Assembly: GCA_964534605.1 (NCBI GenBank)
Contig: CAZHOS010000001.1
Location: 39,198-103,197 of the forward strand
Origin: an uncultured Candidatus Saccharibacteria bacterium
GTDB taxonomy: Bacteria; Patescibacteriota; Saccharimonadia; Saccharimonadales; VXPC01
Length of the DNA: 64,000 bases
Reading direction: 5' to 3'
Of this stretch, positions 1 to 10,507 are shown piece after piece (position 1 is the stretch's first letter; every line of letters starts with the position of its first letter). Position numbers and translations under genes: made by a program. The notes below the pieces were generated by a model, which made no database searches, was not told where the DNA came from, and saw only the letters and a list, made by a program, of their open reading frames with translations.

Positions 1-145
1 CCATAGCTTCGTATACAATGCGCTCGGCTGTTTGCTTTTTGCCGTCTAGCATAATCTTGTTAATAAGGCGCGAGACTAGTACGGACTCGTATTTACGGTC
101 TGGTTTGATATCGCGGATTAGTGATTTGGTCTTTTTTCGTGGCAT
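1..145 (-). CDS. rpsG: 30S ribosomal protein S7, N-terminal part (runs off window)
   Basis: Manual translation [48 protein letters not shown]; AAGGAA SD; downstream of rpsL. Confidence 0.95.
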   Translation of the reverse strand, partial: MPRKKTKSLIRDIKPDRKYESVLVSRLINKIMLDGKKQTAERIVYEAM

Positions 146-448
146 GTTGTTCCTTTTCTAATAGCACATCAGCTTTAGAGAGTGGTCACTCCGTCTAATC
201 GCGTGGCAATTTCCCCAGAGTACCATTATGTACGCCTAAGTAAATTGTCCTTGTATTATATGTAGTGACCCTTGGCTAAAAGTCGTTGTTTATCTATTGT
301 TAATTATATGTGGATCATAGATCCATTTAGCTGAGTGTTGGTTTTTCTAGTTTCTAGAAGACAATTCTGGAGAGCTTTAGACTCCCACTGAAGTATCTAG
401 ATTAGATCCTAGCTAAAAGACTGCTTATCACAGCCCAATAGTCAAGAA

Positions 449-856
449 CTAAGCTTTTTTCGCGCCGTATTTGCTGCGTGAGCTCTTGCGGTCTTCTACG
501 CCCTGGAGGTCTAGGCGACCACGAACGATATGGTAGCGTACACCTGGTAGGTCTGGAACACGTCCGCCGCGGATCATAACAACAGCGTGCTCTTGCAGGT
601 TGTGACCTTCGCCTGGAATATACGCCCATACTTCGTGACCATTAGTTAGGCGTACACGAGCCACTTTACGTAGGGCCGAGTTAGGCTTCTTTGGAGTCTT
701 GGTTGTTACCTTGACGCAGACGCCTCGCTTGAACGGGGCAGGCTTCTCGTAGATACGTGTCTTAAGGGTGTTGTTGACCTGCTGTAGTGCAGGAGACTTA
801 CTCTTGGACTTTGTGCTCTTGCGAGGTTTACGGATTAGTTGATTTATTGTTGGCAT
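449..856 (-). CDS. rpsL: 30S ribosomal protein S12
   Basis: [10 protein letters not shown] start, [11 protein letters not shown] and [12 protein letters not shown] motifs; start trimmed from ORF track. Confidence 0.98.
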   Translation of the reverse strand: MPTINQLIRKPRKSTKSKSKSPALQQVNNTLKTRIYEKPAPFKRGVCVKVTTKTPKKPNSALRKVARVRLTNGHEVWAYIPGEGHNLQEHAVVMIRGGRVPDLPGVRYHIVRGRLDLQGVEDRKSSRSKYGAKKA

Positions 857-1067
857 GTATTCCTTGTTACTTGCGGAACGGTTCGTTTGGCGTCTACCAA
901 GTGTTTTGACTGCGGGATTTGCTTCGACGTACTTAGGAGTACGTCTCCGCAACTGTCCTGCTCAAGAACACTTGATATGCATCCAAACACTCCCATTCCT
1001 TATCTTCTTCAGAAAGCTCTTCGAATTACAGCTTACCAAGTGAAGGTTTGATATTTGAATCTTACAA

Positions 1068-1096
1068 ATTTTAACAGATGTCGAGTGGTCCGTCAA
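1068..1096 (-). promoter_or_regulatory. sigma70-type promoter for rpsL-rpsG
   Basis: TTGACG-17 nt-TAAAAT on minus strand, about 200 nt upstream of the rpsL ATG. Confidence 0.7.
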
Positions 1097-1119
1097 CGGT
1101 GGTGGCGGGGTCGCTGGTT

Positions 1120-4100
1120 CTAGGCTGCTTCTGCAGCAAACTCTTCTTCTAGAGCTTCTTCTGGCTCTGGGTCCGGGATTGCCCCTGTACCTACTGGGAT
1201 CTTGCGACCCAGAATGACGTTTTCTTTTAGACCCTTGAGGTGGTCGACCTTGCCGCTGGTTGCCGCAGCAATTAGCACACGTGTCGTGTCCTGGAAACTG
1301 GCTGCAGACAAGAAGCTGTCAGACCAAGTACTCACCTTGGTTATGCCAAGTAGTAGCTGAGTGAACTCGCAAGGTGTCTTGCCTTGTTCGACCAGCTGCC
1401 TGTTGACCTCCGTCGCTGCAACCTTGCTAACTACGTCGCCGTTAACAAAGTCCGTATCACCGACGTCTTCGATCTGAACTCGGCTAAACATCTGGCGGAT
1501 TATCAGCTCGAAATGCTTGTCAGAAACGTGCTTACCCTGCATAGCAAAGATACGGCTTACTTCGTTAAGGATGTAGCGCTGGGCAGCCTCGACACCATTA
1601 AGCGCCATTACTTCGCGCAGGTCGAGTGAACCACCTGTTAGACGATCGCCCTTCTTGACCTTGTCGCCGTCAGCCACGAGCAGCTGCTTGAATCCTGGGA
1701 TTTCGTAACGAGCGCTCTCTTCTGACTCTGGCGTGATATGAATAGCCGTCTTGCTAACCTCTGCAACGCCGGATTCTGGAGCGATCAGTGGGTCCTCACC
1801 GCCTTTATTGTCAGCGATGACGTCGCCCTTAACGACAGTTGTACCAGTGGCCACCTGTGCCTTGCGGCCTTCTAGTGGCAATTCGATGACGTTTGCGTCC
1901 CCACCGGTTACCTGAACGATGTAGAAGTTCCCGTCTTCCCAGATACGGACGTTACCATCGATCTTTGATAGGAAGGCGATACCTTTTGGACTGCGTGCTT
2001 CGAACAACTCTTCTACACGGTTTAGACCGCTCGATGTCTCGTCGCTAACGCTAGCCTGACCACCGGTGTGCTTACTGTCTAGTGACAGCTGAGTACCAGG
2101 CTCACCAATACTCTGAGCTGCGATTACACCAACTGGGTGCTTCTCGGCTACAAGCTGGCCGCTAGCTGGGTCGATACCATAGCTACGCTTTGGTATACCG
2201 TCTAAGTTAGGCGCTGATAGTAAGCTTAGGATCTTGACTACTTCGATAGACTCGTCGGCCTCGATTTGCTCGGCTATTTCGCGGGTTATTAGATCGCCAC
2301 GCTTGAGTAGTTTACCGACCTTTTCGGCTGTGTAGCGTCCTTCTAGACGACTTGCGTAGGTGATACCTACATACTGTGCATCCTTGCGGTACAGCGGGAA
2401 GCCTTGGTCTAACTCGTCGTCCTCGACAGTAAACACATCCTGAGACACGTCCACAAGCCTTCTAGTCAGATAACCAGAGTCAGCTGTACGCAGAGCGATG
2501 TCCACGAGCGTCTTACGTGCACCACGAGTGGAGACGAAATACTCTAGGGTTGGCAGACCATTTAGGAAGTTACTGTTAACTGGTAGCTCGATTGCGTTAC
2601 CAGAAGTGTCAGCCAAAACACCGACAGATGCTGTAACTTGCTTGACCTGACCGACGTTACCACGCGCACCAGATGTGACAGCGACAGACATAGCTGTATC
2701 AGTGTCCTTGAACTGAGCAGACACGAGCTCTTGAATCTTGCTGTTAACCTCAAACCATGTCTCGACGGTTAGACGGTAGCGTTCGTCGTCGGTGATGAAG
2801 CCTTGCTCGTACTGATCAGAGATCTTGGCAGACTTTGATTCCCCTCCTTCTAGAAGCGTATCGACGCCTTCGATCTTAGGGAAGTCACCCATACCCATAC
2901 TTAGGCCAGACTGTGTTGCGTACTCGAACGATAGGTCTTTTAGGTCGTCGGCGATACGAGCAGTCTCGTCGGCGCCGTACTTTTCGTAGACAAGTGACAT
3001 GACTTTTTGGATCTGCTTCTTGGTCATAGCGTCGTTTTGGTACGGGAAGTCATCTGGGAACAGCTCGTTAAAGAGCATGCGTCCGATGGTTGTCTCGCGT
3101 AGCTCGCCGCGGAAACGTGCCTTAATCGGTGTTTGCAATTTGATAGCGTCCGACTCGTAAGCAAACATGGCTTCGTTAAGGCTACCGAAAGCTTTAAGCA
3201 CCTTGTCGGCCTCTAACTTGCTGTAAGTCATGTAGTAGGCACCGAGAACGATGTCTTGCTCGAGGTGGAGTATCGGCGTACCGTCTGCAGGTAGCAGTAG
3301 GTTACGGCTTGCGACCATCAGTTCGCGGGCTTCTTTTTGTGCCTTTTCTGACAGTGGAAGGTGAACAGCCATTTGGTCACCATCGAAGTCGGCGTTAAAG
3401 CCTTTACATACGAGTGGGTGCAACTGGATGGCTTTACCCTCGATAAGACGTGGTTTGAAGGCCTGCACTGAAAGCCTGTGAAGACTCGGTGCACGGTTTA
3501 GTAGGACGTACTTGCCCTCGATACTCTCGTCTAGTGCGTCCCAGACCTCTACCTCACCAGCTTCGATCATACGGGTTGCGCTGCGGATGTTGTGGGCTTG
3601 TTCTTTTTCGATCAAGCGGCCAATAACAAATGGCTTAAACAGCTCTAGAGCCATCATCTTTGGCAGGCCACATTCGTCCATACGAAGTGTTGGGCCAGAT
3701 ACAATTACCGAACGACCAGAGTAGTCAACACGCTTACCAAGTAGGTTCTGACGGAAACGCCCTTGCTTACCCTTGAGCATGTCGGCCAAGCTCTTTAGCT
3801 TACGTCGTTGTCCGTTGCTGCTAACAGCACGGCCACTACGCGAGGCATTGTTGTCGATCAGAGCATCTACGGCTTCTTGAAGCATGCGCTTCTCGTTGCG
3901 ACGGATAACTTCTGGGGCCTTGAGGTCGTTGAGCTTCTTGAGGCGGTTGTTACGGTTGATGACGCGGCGGTAAAGGTCGTTAAGGTCGCTGGTTGCAAAG
4001 CGTCCACCAGTTAGCTGTACCATCGGACGTAGGTCGGGTGGGATCACTGGCAAGATTGTTAAACACATGTCTTGTGGCTTGATGCCGGCTTTCTTCATGC

Positions 4101-4944
4101 CTTCTAGTGTACGTAGGCGCTTGAGGATCTTCTTTTTACGCTGACCCTTTGTTGTTTCGGCCTCTTTTTCGAGGTCCTTGATCAACTGGTCAGGATCGAT
4201 GCTCTCGAGCATAACTTTGATAGCGTCGCCACCCATGTCGACCTTGACAAGGTCTTGGTATTCGTCTGGTAAGTCTCGATATTCTGTCTCGCTGATGAGG
4301 GCGTGAAGACTAAGGCTCTTAAGCTGTATCTTTTTGGTGTCGTACTCTTCGGCTAGCTCGTCTAGCTCCTTCGTCTGTGACTCGGCGATCTCGGTTGCGT
4401 TAGCACCTTCTTCTTGGGCTAGCTTCTCGTGACGGACCTTGACGGCTGCCTGAGCAGCTTCGTGCTCGGCATCGTTGTCGGTCAGCATCTTATCGCGAGC
4501 TTCTTCGTCGACTTCCAGTATTAGGTAGCTTGCAAAGTAAACTACTCGCTCCAAGCTCTTGACAGTCATGTTGGTAATCTGACCGATAGTGCTTGGCACC
4601 CCACGTAGGAACCAGATGTGTGTTACTGGTGCCGCAAGTGTGATGTGGGCCATGCGTTCGCGGCGAACGATTGACTTGGTGACTATCTCGCCGTTCTTGT
4701 CGACAGCTGCTTCGCGGGAGCGAATACCCTTGAACTTAGCGTCGTGTGGGTTGAGGTCTTTGGTTGGGCCAAAGATACGCTCGCAGAAAAGACCGTCTTT
4801 TTCTGGCTTCTGGGTGCGGTAGTTGATTGTTTCTGGTTTTAGGACTTCTCCGTGTGACCATTCGGCTATGTCGGCATTGCTAGCAATGCTTAGTTTGACT
4901 GCGTCGAAGTCTGAAAAGTTTGTTCCGCCTTGTACGTTCTTCAT
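1120..4944 (-). CDS. rpoC: RNA polymerase beta' subunit
   Basis: NADFDGDQMAVH catalytic motif, GKRVDYSGRSVI, AQSIGEPGTQL. Confidence 0.99.
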   Translation of the reverse strand: MKNVQGGTNFSDFDAVKLSIASNADIAEWSHGEVLKPETINYRTQKPEKDGLFCERIFGPTKDLNPHDAKFKGIRSREAAVDKNGEIVTKSIVRRERMAHITLAAPVTHIWFLRGVPSTIGQITNMTVKSLERVVYFASYLILEVDEEARDKMLTDNDAEHEAAQAAVKVRHEKLAQEEGANATEIAESQTKELDELAEEYDTKKIQLKSLSLHALISETEYRDLPDEYQDLVKVDMGGDAIKVMLESIDPDQLIKDLEKEAETTKGQRKKKILKRLRTLEGMKKAGIKPQDMCLTILPVIPPDLRPMVQLTGGRFATSDLNDLYRRVINRNNRLKKLNDLKAPEVIRRNEKRMLQEAVDALIDNNASRSGRAVSSNGQRRKLKSLADMLKGKQGRFRQNLLGKRVDYSGRSVIVSGPTLRMDECGLPKMMALELFKPFVIGRLIEKEQAHNIRSATRMIEAGEVEVWDALDESIEGKYVLLNRAPSLHRLSVQAFKPRLIEGKAIQLHPLVCKGFNADFDGDQMAVHLPLSEKAQKEARELMVASRNLLLPADGTPILHLEQDIVLGAYYMTYSKLEADKVLKAFGSLNEAMFAYESDAIKLQTPIKARFRGELRETTIGRMLFNELFPDDFPYQNDAMTKKQIQKVMSLVYEKYGADETARIADDLKDLSFEYATQSGLSMGMGDFPKIEGVDTLLEGGESKSAKISDQYEQGFITDDERYRLTVETWFEVNSKIQELVSAQFKDTDTAMSVAVTSGARGNVGQVKQVTASVGVLADTSGNAIELPVNSNFLNGLPTLEYFVSTRGARKTLVDIALRTADSGYLTRRLVDVSQDVFTVEDDELDQGFPLYRKDAQYVGITYASRLEGRYTAEKVGKLLKRGDLITREIAEQIEADESIEVVKILSLLSAPNLDGIPKRSYGIDPASGQLVAEKHPVGVIAAQSIGEPGTQLSLDSKHTGGQASVSDETSSGLNRVEELFEARSPKGIAFLSKIDGNVRIWEDGNFYIVQVTGGDANVIELPLEGRKAQVATGTTVVKGDVIADNKGGEDPLIAPESGVAEVSKTAIHITPESEESARYEIPGFKQLLVADGDKVKKGDRLTGGSLDLREVMALNGVEAAQRYILNEVSRIFAMQGKHVSDKHFELIIRQMFSRVQIEDVGDTDFVNGDVVSKVAATEVNRQLVEQGKTPCEFTQLLLGITKVSTWSDSFLSAASFQDTTRVLIAAATSGKVDHLKGLKENVILGRKIPVGTGAIPDPEPEEALEEEFAAEAA

Positions 4945-4946
4945 GT

Positions 4947-7900
4947 TTAAGCCTCCCCTTCTTTCTCTACGGTGTCGTCAGCGTCTTCTGAGTTGTCCGC
5001 AATTAATTCTTCTTTCTCTACTGCATCGTCTGAGGTATCTTCTGCGAACTCGCTAGCAACGTCGTCTTCTGTTGGTGGTTGTCCGTTGTCGTCAGCAGGT
5101 ACCTGAACAGCTGGGTCTACAGTCGTCTTGCTTTTGACGGTTTCTTCGAGTAGTACTTCAGCGTCTACGGTTGTGTTCGTCTCGGCGTCAATCAAGTCTA
5201 CCTTAAGTGCAAGGCCTTGGAGTTCTTTCACTAGAACGTTAAAGCTCTCTGGTACCTTCGGACTAATGATGTCAGTCTGCTTAATGATCGACTCGTAGGC
5301 CTTAGCGCGTCCAAAGACGTCGTCGGACTTGAGCGTCAACATCTCTTGTAGTGTACTGGCAGCGCCGTAGGCTTCGAGTGCCCAGACTTCCATCTCTCCG
5401 AACCTTTGACCACCATTTTGCGCCTTACCACCAAGTGGTTGCTGGGTGACCATTGTGTATGGTCCTGTAGAACGGGCGTGGATCTTGTCGTTAGCCATGT
5501 GGTTAAGCTTGAAGACGTACATAAGCCCTAGTGTGGTGCGCTCCTTGAACGGTTCGCCTGTACGTCCGTCGAATAGCTGTTGCTTACCGTCATCTGGCAG
5601 ACCTGCTTCCTTAAGTAGCTCGGCTACCTTGTCGTTAGCAACACCGTCGAATGGCGCTGATGTAACCTTGAGGCCCAGTGCTTCTGCAGCCATACCAAGG
5701 TGAGCCTCGAAGAGCTGACCAATGTTCATACGCGATGGAACACCTAGCGGGTTAAGTAGCATGTCGACAGGACGGCCGTCTTCTGTATATGGCATGTCTT
5801 CTGCTGGTAACACACGGGCGATAACACCCTTGTTACCATGACGACCGGCTAGCTTGTCTCCAACCTGAATTTTACGTGTCTGGGCAACAAATACTTGGAT
5901 CTGCTTGAGAACACCGGCCTTCAATGTGTGGCCGTTCTCTTTACTAAAGACGCGTACACCAACAACCTTACCGTGCTTGGCGTTAGGCATACGGCGAGAG
6001 GTGTCACGAACGTCCTTGGCTTTTTCGCCAAAGATGGCGCGCAGCAGTCGCTCTTCGCTAGACAACTCTTGTTCACCCTTCGGGGTGATCTTACCAACCA
6101 AGATGTCACCAGGGTTCACCTCGGCACCGATCCTAACAACACCTTCGTCGTCTAGGTGGCGCAGGGCTTCCTCTGATACGTTAGGTATGTCGCGGGTGAT
6201 TAGCTCGGGACCAAGCTTGGTCTCGCGGACTTCGATCATGTAGTCGGTGATGTTGATGCTTGTAAAGGTATCTTCTTTAACGAGTCGGTCGCTAACAATG
6301 ATGGCATCTTCGAAGTTGTAACCGCTCCAAGGCATAAGTGCCACAAGAACGTCTTTACCGAGTGCTAGTTCGCCGTCGTCAATTGACGTACCCTCTAGAA
6401 TTACGTCGCCGGCCTTGAGTTTTTGACCGCTAGAAACCATGACACGCTGTGTCATTGCAGTACCGTTGTTACTTAGCTGGAATAGTGACGGCTTGTAGTG
6501 GGCGGTACGGCCTTTGTACTTGACGACTACTTCCTCGGCAGTTGCTTTGGTGACTTCACCATCTGCGTCTGCGTATACAATGCGTCCAGAGTTACGAGCG
6601 ATGACTTCCTCTAGTCCGGTGCCGACAACTGGTGCCTCTGGCTTGATTAGAGGGATGGCCTGCTTGGCCTGGTTAGAGCCTACAAGGCTACGAAGAACGT
6701 AGTCTTTTTCGATGAACGGGATAAGCCCGGCGCTCGAGCCAATAATCTGCTTCTTGCTGGAGTCCATGTGGGTGATTTCTTCGGCATCGTACTCACCAGC
6801 TACACCAGCTTTACGACCACGGATACGTGCATCAACAAGGAAACCGTCGTCATCAGTTTGCGTACCTGCACCTGCAATGGTAGCTGCTTGTTCTTCGTCA
6901 GAGTCTAGGTATACAGCCTTCTTGTTAAGGCGTGGCTTAACAGGCCAGGTAGCCTGATCCTTTGCCTTTTCTAGCTTCTTGGCGTCTGCTGCAGTAATAG
7001 TCTTGCCAGCCTTGACCACTACTTTACCGTCAACCTCTAGATCGACTGTAGCTATCTCGCCAATTGCATCTTTAGCGGTGACGTTGCTCTTGACTGGATA
7101 GTAAGGAGTCTCTAGGAAGCCGTACTCGTTAACACGGGCATGCATAGCCATGTTTAACACCAACCCGATGTTTGGACCCTCTGGGGTCTCGACAGGACAG
7201 ATACGTCCGTAGTGGGTTGTGTGGGCGTCACGTACTTCGAAGCCTGCGCGTTCGCGGCTAAGTCCACCTGGGCCCATAGAGCTAAGGCGTCGTTTGTGGG
7301 CAAGCTCGGATAGTGGGTTTACTTGGTCCATAAACTGACTAAGCTGCGAGCTAGCAAAGAACTCGCGAACCGCAGCTACAACTGGGCGGGCGTTGATAAG
7401 CTGGCCGGGTGTGACGGTCTCGATCTCACTCATGGACATGCGGTCTTTTGTGTTGCGCTCCATACGTAGCAAACCAACACGGAACTGGCGCTGTACAAGC
7501 TCGCCTACTAGCTTGACACGGCGGTTACTGAGGCTGTCGATGTCATCGGCGGCTTCTTGGGTGTTATTAAGACGGATAACCTCGGCAACGATGGCAACCA
7601 AGTCCTCGATACGGAGGACACGGTTCTCGGCAGTGTTAGGTACATCTAGGTCGAGACGCTTGTTGACCTTGTAGCGTCCCACACGTGAGAAGTCGAACTT
7701 CTTGTAGCTAAAGAACATGCTTTCTAGCAGTGTGCGTGCGTTATCGATAGTGGCTAAGTCGCCAGGGCGTAGTCGGCGGTAGACTTCGATAAGGGCTTCG
7801 TTAGCACCACGAGCAGTGTCTTTCTCTAGGGTGGCGTCAATATAGTTATGTTCGCCTTGGTCTACGTGCTTGAAGGCGTCTTTCATGGCAGCGTCTGTCA

Positions 7901-8501
7901 TGCCTAGGGAGCGGAGAAAGGTAGTGATGGCTACTTTTCGGCGTCTATCGATCTTGACGAAGATTGCACCGTTATTGGCGGTCTCGATCTCTAGCCACGC
8001 ACCTCGTCCAGGTATAACCTTGGCGCCGTAGTTATTCTTGCGACCTGCATTAGCGCTGGTGAAGTAAACGCCAGGGCTACGTACAAGCTGGCTAACAACG
8101 ACACGCTCGGCGCCGTTAACGACAAATGTACCGCGCGATGTCATCCATGGGTAATCGCCCATGTAGATCTCTTGGTCTTTGACCTCGCCTGTAACTTTGT
8201 TGGTAAGCTCTACAACTGCCTTAAGCGATACTTCGTAGCTGGTGTTGTTCTCTCTGGCGTCATGCTCTGTGAGCTTTGGCTCTTCGAAGAAATAGCTCTT
8301 GAAGCGAAGGCTTAGCTTCTCGCCAGTGTAATCGTCGATTTCTCCTAGTTCTGCAAACAGCTCGCCTAGACCCTCCTCGATAAACCACTGGAACGATACG
8401 TTCTGGTGGGCTATCAGGTTTTCTAGATCTATGTCTGTGTTGTCTGAGAACGACTTTCTTTTAATATTAGCTTTGGCTTTTACGACTTTTGTGTCGGGCA
8501 T
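4947..8501 (-). CDS. rpoB: RNA polymerase beta subunit
   Basis: SQLSQFMDQ, GDKLAGRHGNKG, GGQRFGEMEVWALEAY; probable start MPDTKV at 8501. Confidence 0.98.
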   Translation of the reverse strand: MPDTKVVKAKANIKRKSFSDNTDIDLENLIAHQNVSFQWFIEEGLGELFAELGEIDDYTGEKLSLRFKSYFFEEPKLTEHDARENNTSYEVSLKAVVELTNKVTGEVKDQEIYMGDYPWMTSRGTFVVNGAERVVVSQLVRSPGVYFTSANAGRKNNYGAKVIPGRGAWLEIETANNGAIFVKIDRRRKVAITTFLRSLGMTDAAMKDAFKHVDQGEHNYIDATLEKDTARGANEALIEVYRRLRPGDLATIDNARTLLESMFFSYKKFDFSRVGRYKVNKRLDLDVPNTAENRVLRIEDLVAIVAEVIRLNNTQEAADDIDSLSNRRVKLVGELVQRQFRVGLLRMERNTKDRMSMSEIETVTPGQLINARPVVAAVREFFASSQLSQFMDQVNPLSELAHKRRLSSMGPGGLSRERAGFEVRDAHTTHYGRICPVETPEGPNIGLVLNMAMHARVNEYGFLETPYYPVKSNVTAKDAIGEIATVDLEVDGKVVVKAGKTITAADAKKLEKAKDQATWPVKPRLNKKAVYLDSDEEQAATIAGAGTQTDDDGFLVDARIRGRKAGVAGEYDAEEITHMDSSKKQIIGSSAGLIPFIEKDYVLRSLVGSNQAKQAIPLIKPEAPVVGTGLEEVIARNSGRIVYADADGEVTKATAEEVVVKYKGRTAHYKPSLFQLSNNGTAMTQRVMVSSGQKLKAGDVILEGTSIDDGELALGKDVLVALMPWSGYNFEDAIIVSDRLVKEDTFTSINITDYMIEVRETKLGPELITRDIPNVSEEALRHLDDEGVVRIGAEVNPGDILVGKITPKGEQELSSEERLLRAIFGEKAKDVRDTSRRMPNAKHGKVVGVRVFSKENGHTLKAGVLKQIQVFVAQTRKIQVGDKLAGRHGNKGVIARVLPAEDMPYTEDGRPVDMLLNPLGVPSRMNIGQLFEAHLGMAAEALGLKVTSAPFDGVANDKVAELLKEAGLPDDGKQQLFDGRTGEPFKERTTLGLMYVFKLNHMANDKIHARSTGPYTMVTQQPLGGKAQNGGQRFGEMEVWALEAYGAASTLQEMLTLKSDDVFGRAKAYESIIKQTDIISPKVPESFNVLVKELQGLALKVDLIDAETNTTVDAEVLLEETVKSKTTVDPAVQVPADDNGQPPTEDDVASEFAEDTSDDAVEKEELIADNSEDADDTVEKEGEA

Positions 8502-8792
8502 AAACAAAGGACTCCCTACCTGATAAAGGCTTAAAAATGATGAATGTGAGCGACGAAGGCGGCTCGCTTTTTTATAAATGTTGTTGTTTTTGACGCCGAA
8601 GTTCACCTGGTAGGTTTGCTTCCAACTGTTTTAGGCACAGAGGGAAACAGCCCATGCAATACTACTTCTTAAACACTAGTCTGAGCGTAGACTACAAACT
8701 TGTCAAGAATATATGTTGTGTTATTTACAAACTAGCACTATACCTTTTTTTGTGTGAGAATGCATTATCGAAGCAAGAAAGGCTCTATTTAT

Positions 8793-9716
8793 ATGAACAA
8801 GAACCTATCAATCATCATCTTACTGGCGTCTGCAGTTATAGCCGGGATTGTATTCTCAGCAAATAGAGGCACTCTTAGCGACTCTGACCTACTGCAGGCA
8901 GCAGTCGAGAATAAGTTCTCTCTAACTACTCAGACCATCGAGTACGAAGGCGGCCTAGAAGTCGATGTCGACTACAGCGATGTGTCAAATGTCCTGGCCA
9001 TCGGTACGCTATCGACAAGTGACGGCCAAGCTTATGCAGAATATATAGATGCTAGCGATAACAGAATTTACGTGCGTCTATTGCCGGCTGCCGTAGGAGC
9101 CGACCTGACACAAGAGGTCGGGATAGACTTTACCGACTTGCCAGCAGACGTCATAGATAGATGGGTATACATAAATGATAGCGATCTAGAGCAAGAGTCA
9201 GGCAGTCTGCTGTTCGACACATTCTTTGACTCATCTGTCCCAATAGAGTCTATCGAAGAGTTAAGCGCTACGACACGCGGGGTGTTCCTAGCACTGGGTG
9301 CTAGTTTACAGGGTATATCTACCGTTCACGGCGAAGTACCAGAAGGTAACTTCACAGATGACCAGGCAGATGAACTACTAGATGCATACAACGACCTAGG
9401 CCTCTATACGGTACTTAGTGAAGGCGAGCAGCTAGAGCAAGACGGTCGCAATCTGCGTCGCCTAGAACTAGAGCTCAACACCCAAGCTGCGTCCGAGCTT
9501 AACGCGCTTGTCGAGGGATTCACCGGCCAAGAGTCTAGCTTTGCAAACTTCCTAGGGGCTAACTCTGACTTTACGATCACCATAGACGAAGATACACAAA
9601 GGTTCTTTGAATACTTTGGTGCAGATGGGGTAACCCAGTTGCGTACCGACACGGCCCACGGCTTTGACTACTCAGAAGAGCTGCCTACTGACGCAACCGA
9701 TATACGGGAGCTTTAG
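8793..9716 (+). CDS. Hypothetical acidic exported/membrane-anchored protein
   Basis: Long ORF with N-terminal hydrophobic segment (MNKNLSIIILLASAVIAGIVFSA). Confidence 0.75.
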   Translation: MNKNLSIIILLASAVIAGIVFSANRGTLSDSDLLQAAVENKFSLTTQTIEYEGGLEVDVDYSDVSNVLAIGTLSTSDGQAYAEYIDASDNRIYVRLLPAAVGADLTQEVGIDFTDLPADVIDRWVYINDSDLEQESGSLLFDTFFDSSVPIESIEELSATTRGVFLALGASLQGISTVHGEVPEGNFTDDQADELLDAYNDLGLYTVLSEGEQLEQDGRNLRRLELELNTQAASELNALVEGFTGQESSFANFLGANSDFTITIDEDTQRFFEYFGADGVTQLRTDTAHGFDYSEELPTDATDIREL

Positions 9717-9819
9717 GGGTTTATCAAAGAAGACACCTGCATGTAATTTTAGTAGCGGCCTATATTGTCAATAAAGGTAAAGGCCGCTTGTCTGGCTGCT
9801 ATCCCCGAAAAAGACTGGG

Positions 9820-10434
9820 TTAGCGCTTTGATATGACTTGGTCGACGATCCCGTAGTCTTTGGCTTCTTTGGCGTTCATGAAGTTGTCGCGGTCCCAGTC
9901 TTTTTGAATCTGGGCGACGGTCTTGCCGGTATGGTTTGCCATAATCTGCGCGAGCGCATGACGGTTCTTGACCATTTCTTCTAAACTGATCTCCATATCG
10001 GTAATTTTACCTTCGGTGCCTGCGCTAGGTTGGTGGATCATCACCTTGGCGCTAGGCAAAATGTGACGCTTGCCCTTGGCCCCTGCTGCTAGCAATACCG
10101 ATCCCATGCTCATTGCCATGCCCATGCCAAATGTCTGTACGTCGGGCTTGATAAACTGCATAGTGTCATAAATAGCCATACCGGCGTGCACAGAGCCTCC
10201 TGGGCTGTTGATATAAAAGTATATATCTTTGTCGGGGTCTGCTTGCTCTAGAAAGAGCATCTGAGCGACTATAGAGTTCGCGCTGTGCATATTAACATCT
10301 GTACCCAAGAATATAATGCGGTCTTTAAGTAGGCGCGAATAAATGTCGTAAGCACGCTCGAAGTTACCTTCTTTTTCTACCACTGTCGGTATAAGTATAG
10401 AGTTGTTTGGGGGTGTATGGTTGCTGTCTTTCAT
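9820..10434 (-). CDS. clpP: ATP-dependent Clp protease proteolytic subunit
   Basis: [32 protein letters not shown] motifs. Confidence 0.98.
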   Translation of the reverse strand: MKDSNHTPPNNSILIPTVVEKEGNFERAYDIYSRLLKDRIIFLGTDVNMHSANSIVAQMLFLEQADPDKDIYFYINSPGGSVHAGMAIYDTMQFIKPDVQTFGMGMAMSMGSVLLAAGAKGKRHILPSAKVMIHQPSAGTEGKITDMEISLEEMVKNRHALAQIMANHTGKTVAQIQKDWDRDNFMNAKEAKDYGIVDQVISKR

Positions 10435-10455
10435 ACCAAGATATTAGCACAAAAA

Positions 10456-10482
10456 TTAGCACTCGACAATATAGAGTGCCAA
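10456..10482. promoter_or_regulatory. CIRCE (HrcA operator) upstream of clpP
   Basis: TTAGCACTC-gacaatata-GAGTGCCAA, 1 mismatch to consensus TTAGCACTC-N9-GAGTGCTAA. Confidence 0.9.
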
Positions 10483-10507
10483 CCTTTGTTAATTGGATGT
10501 ATTTATC

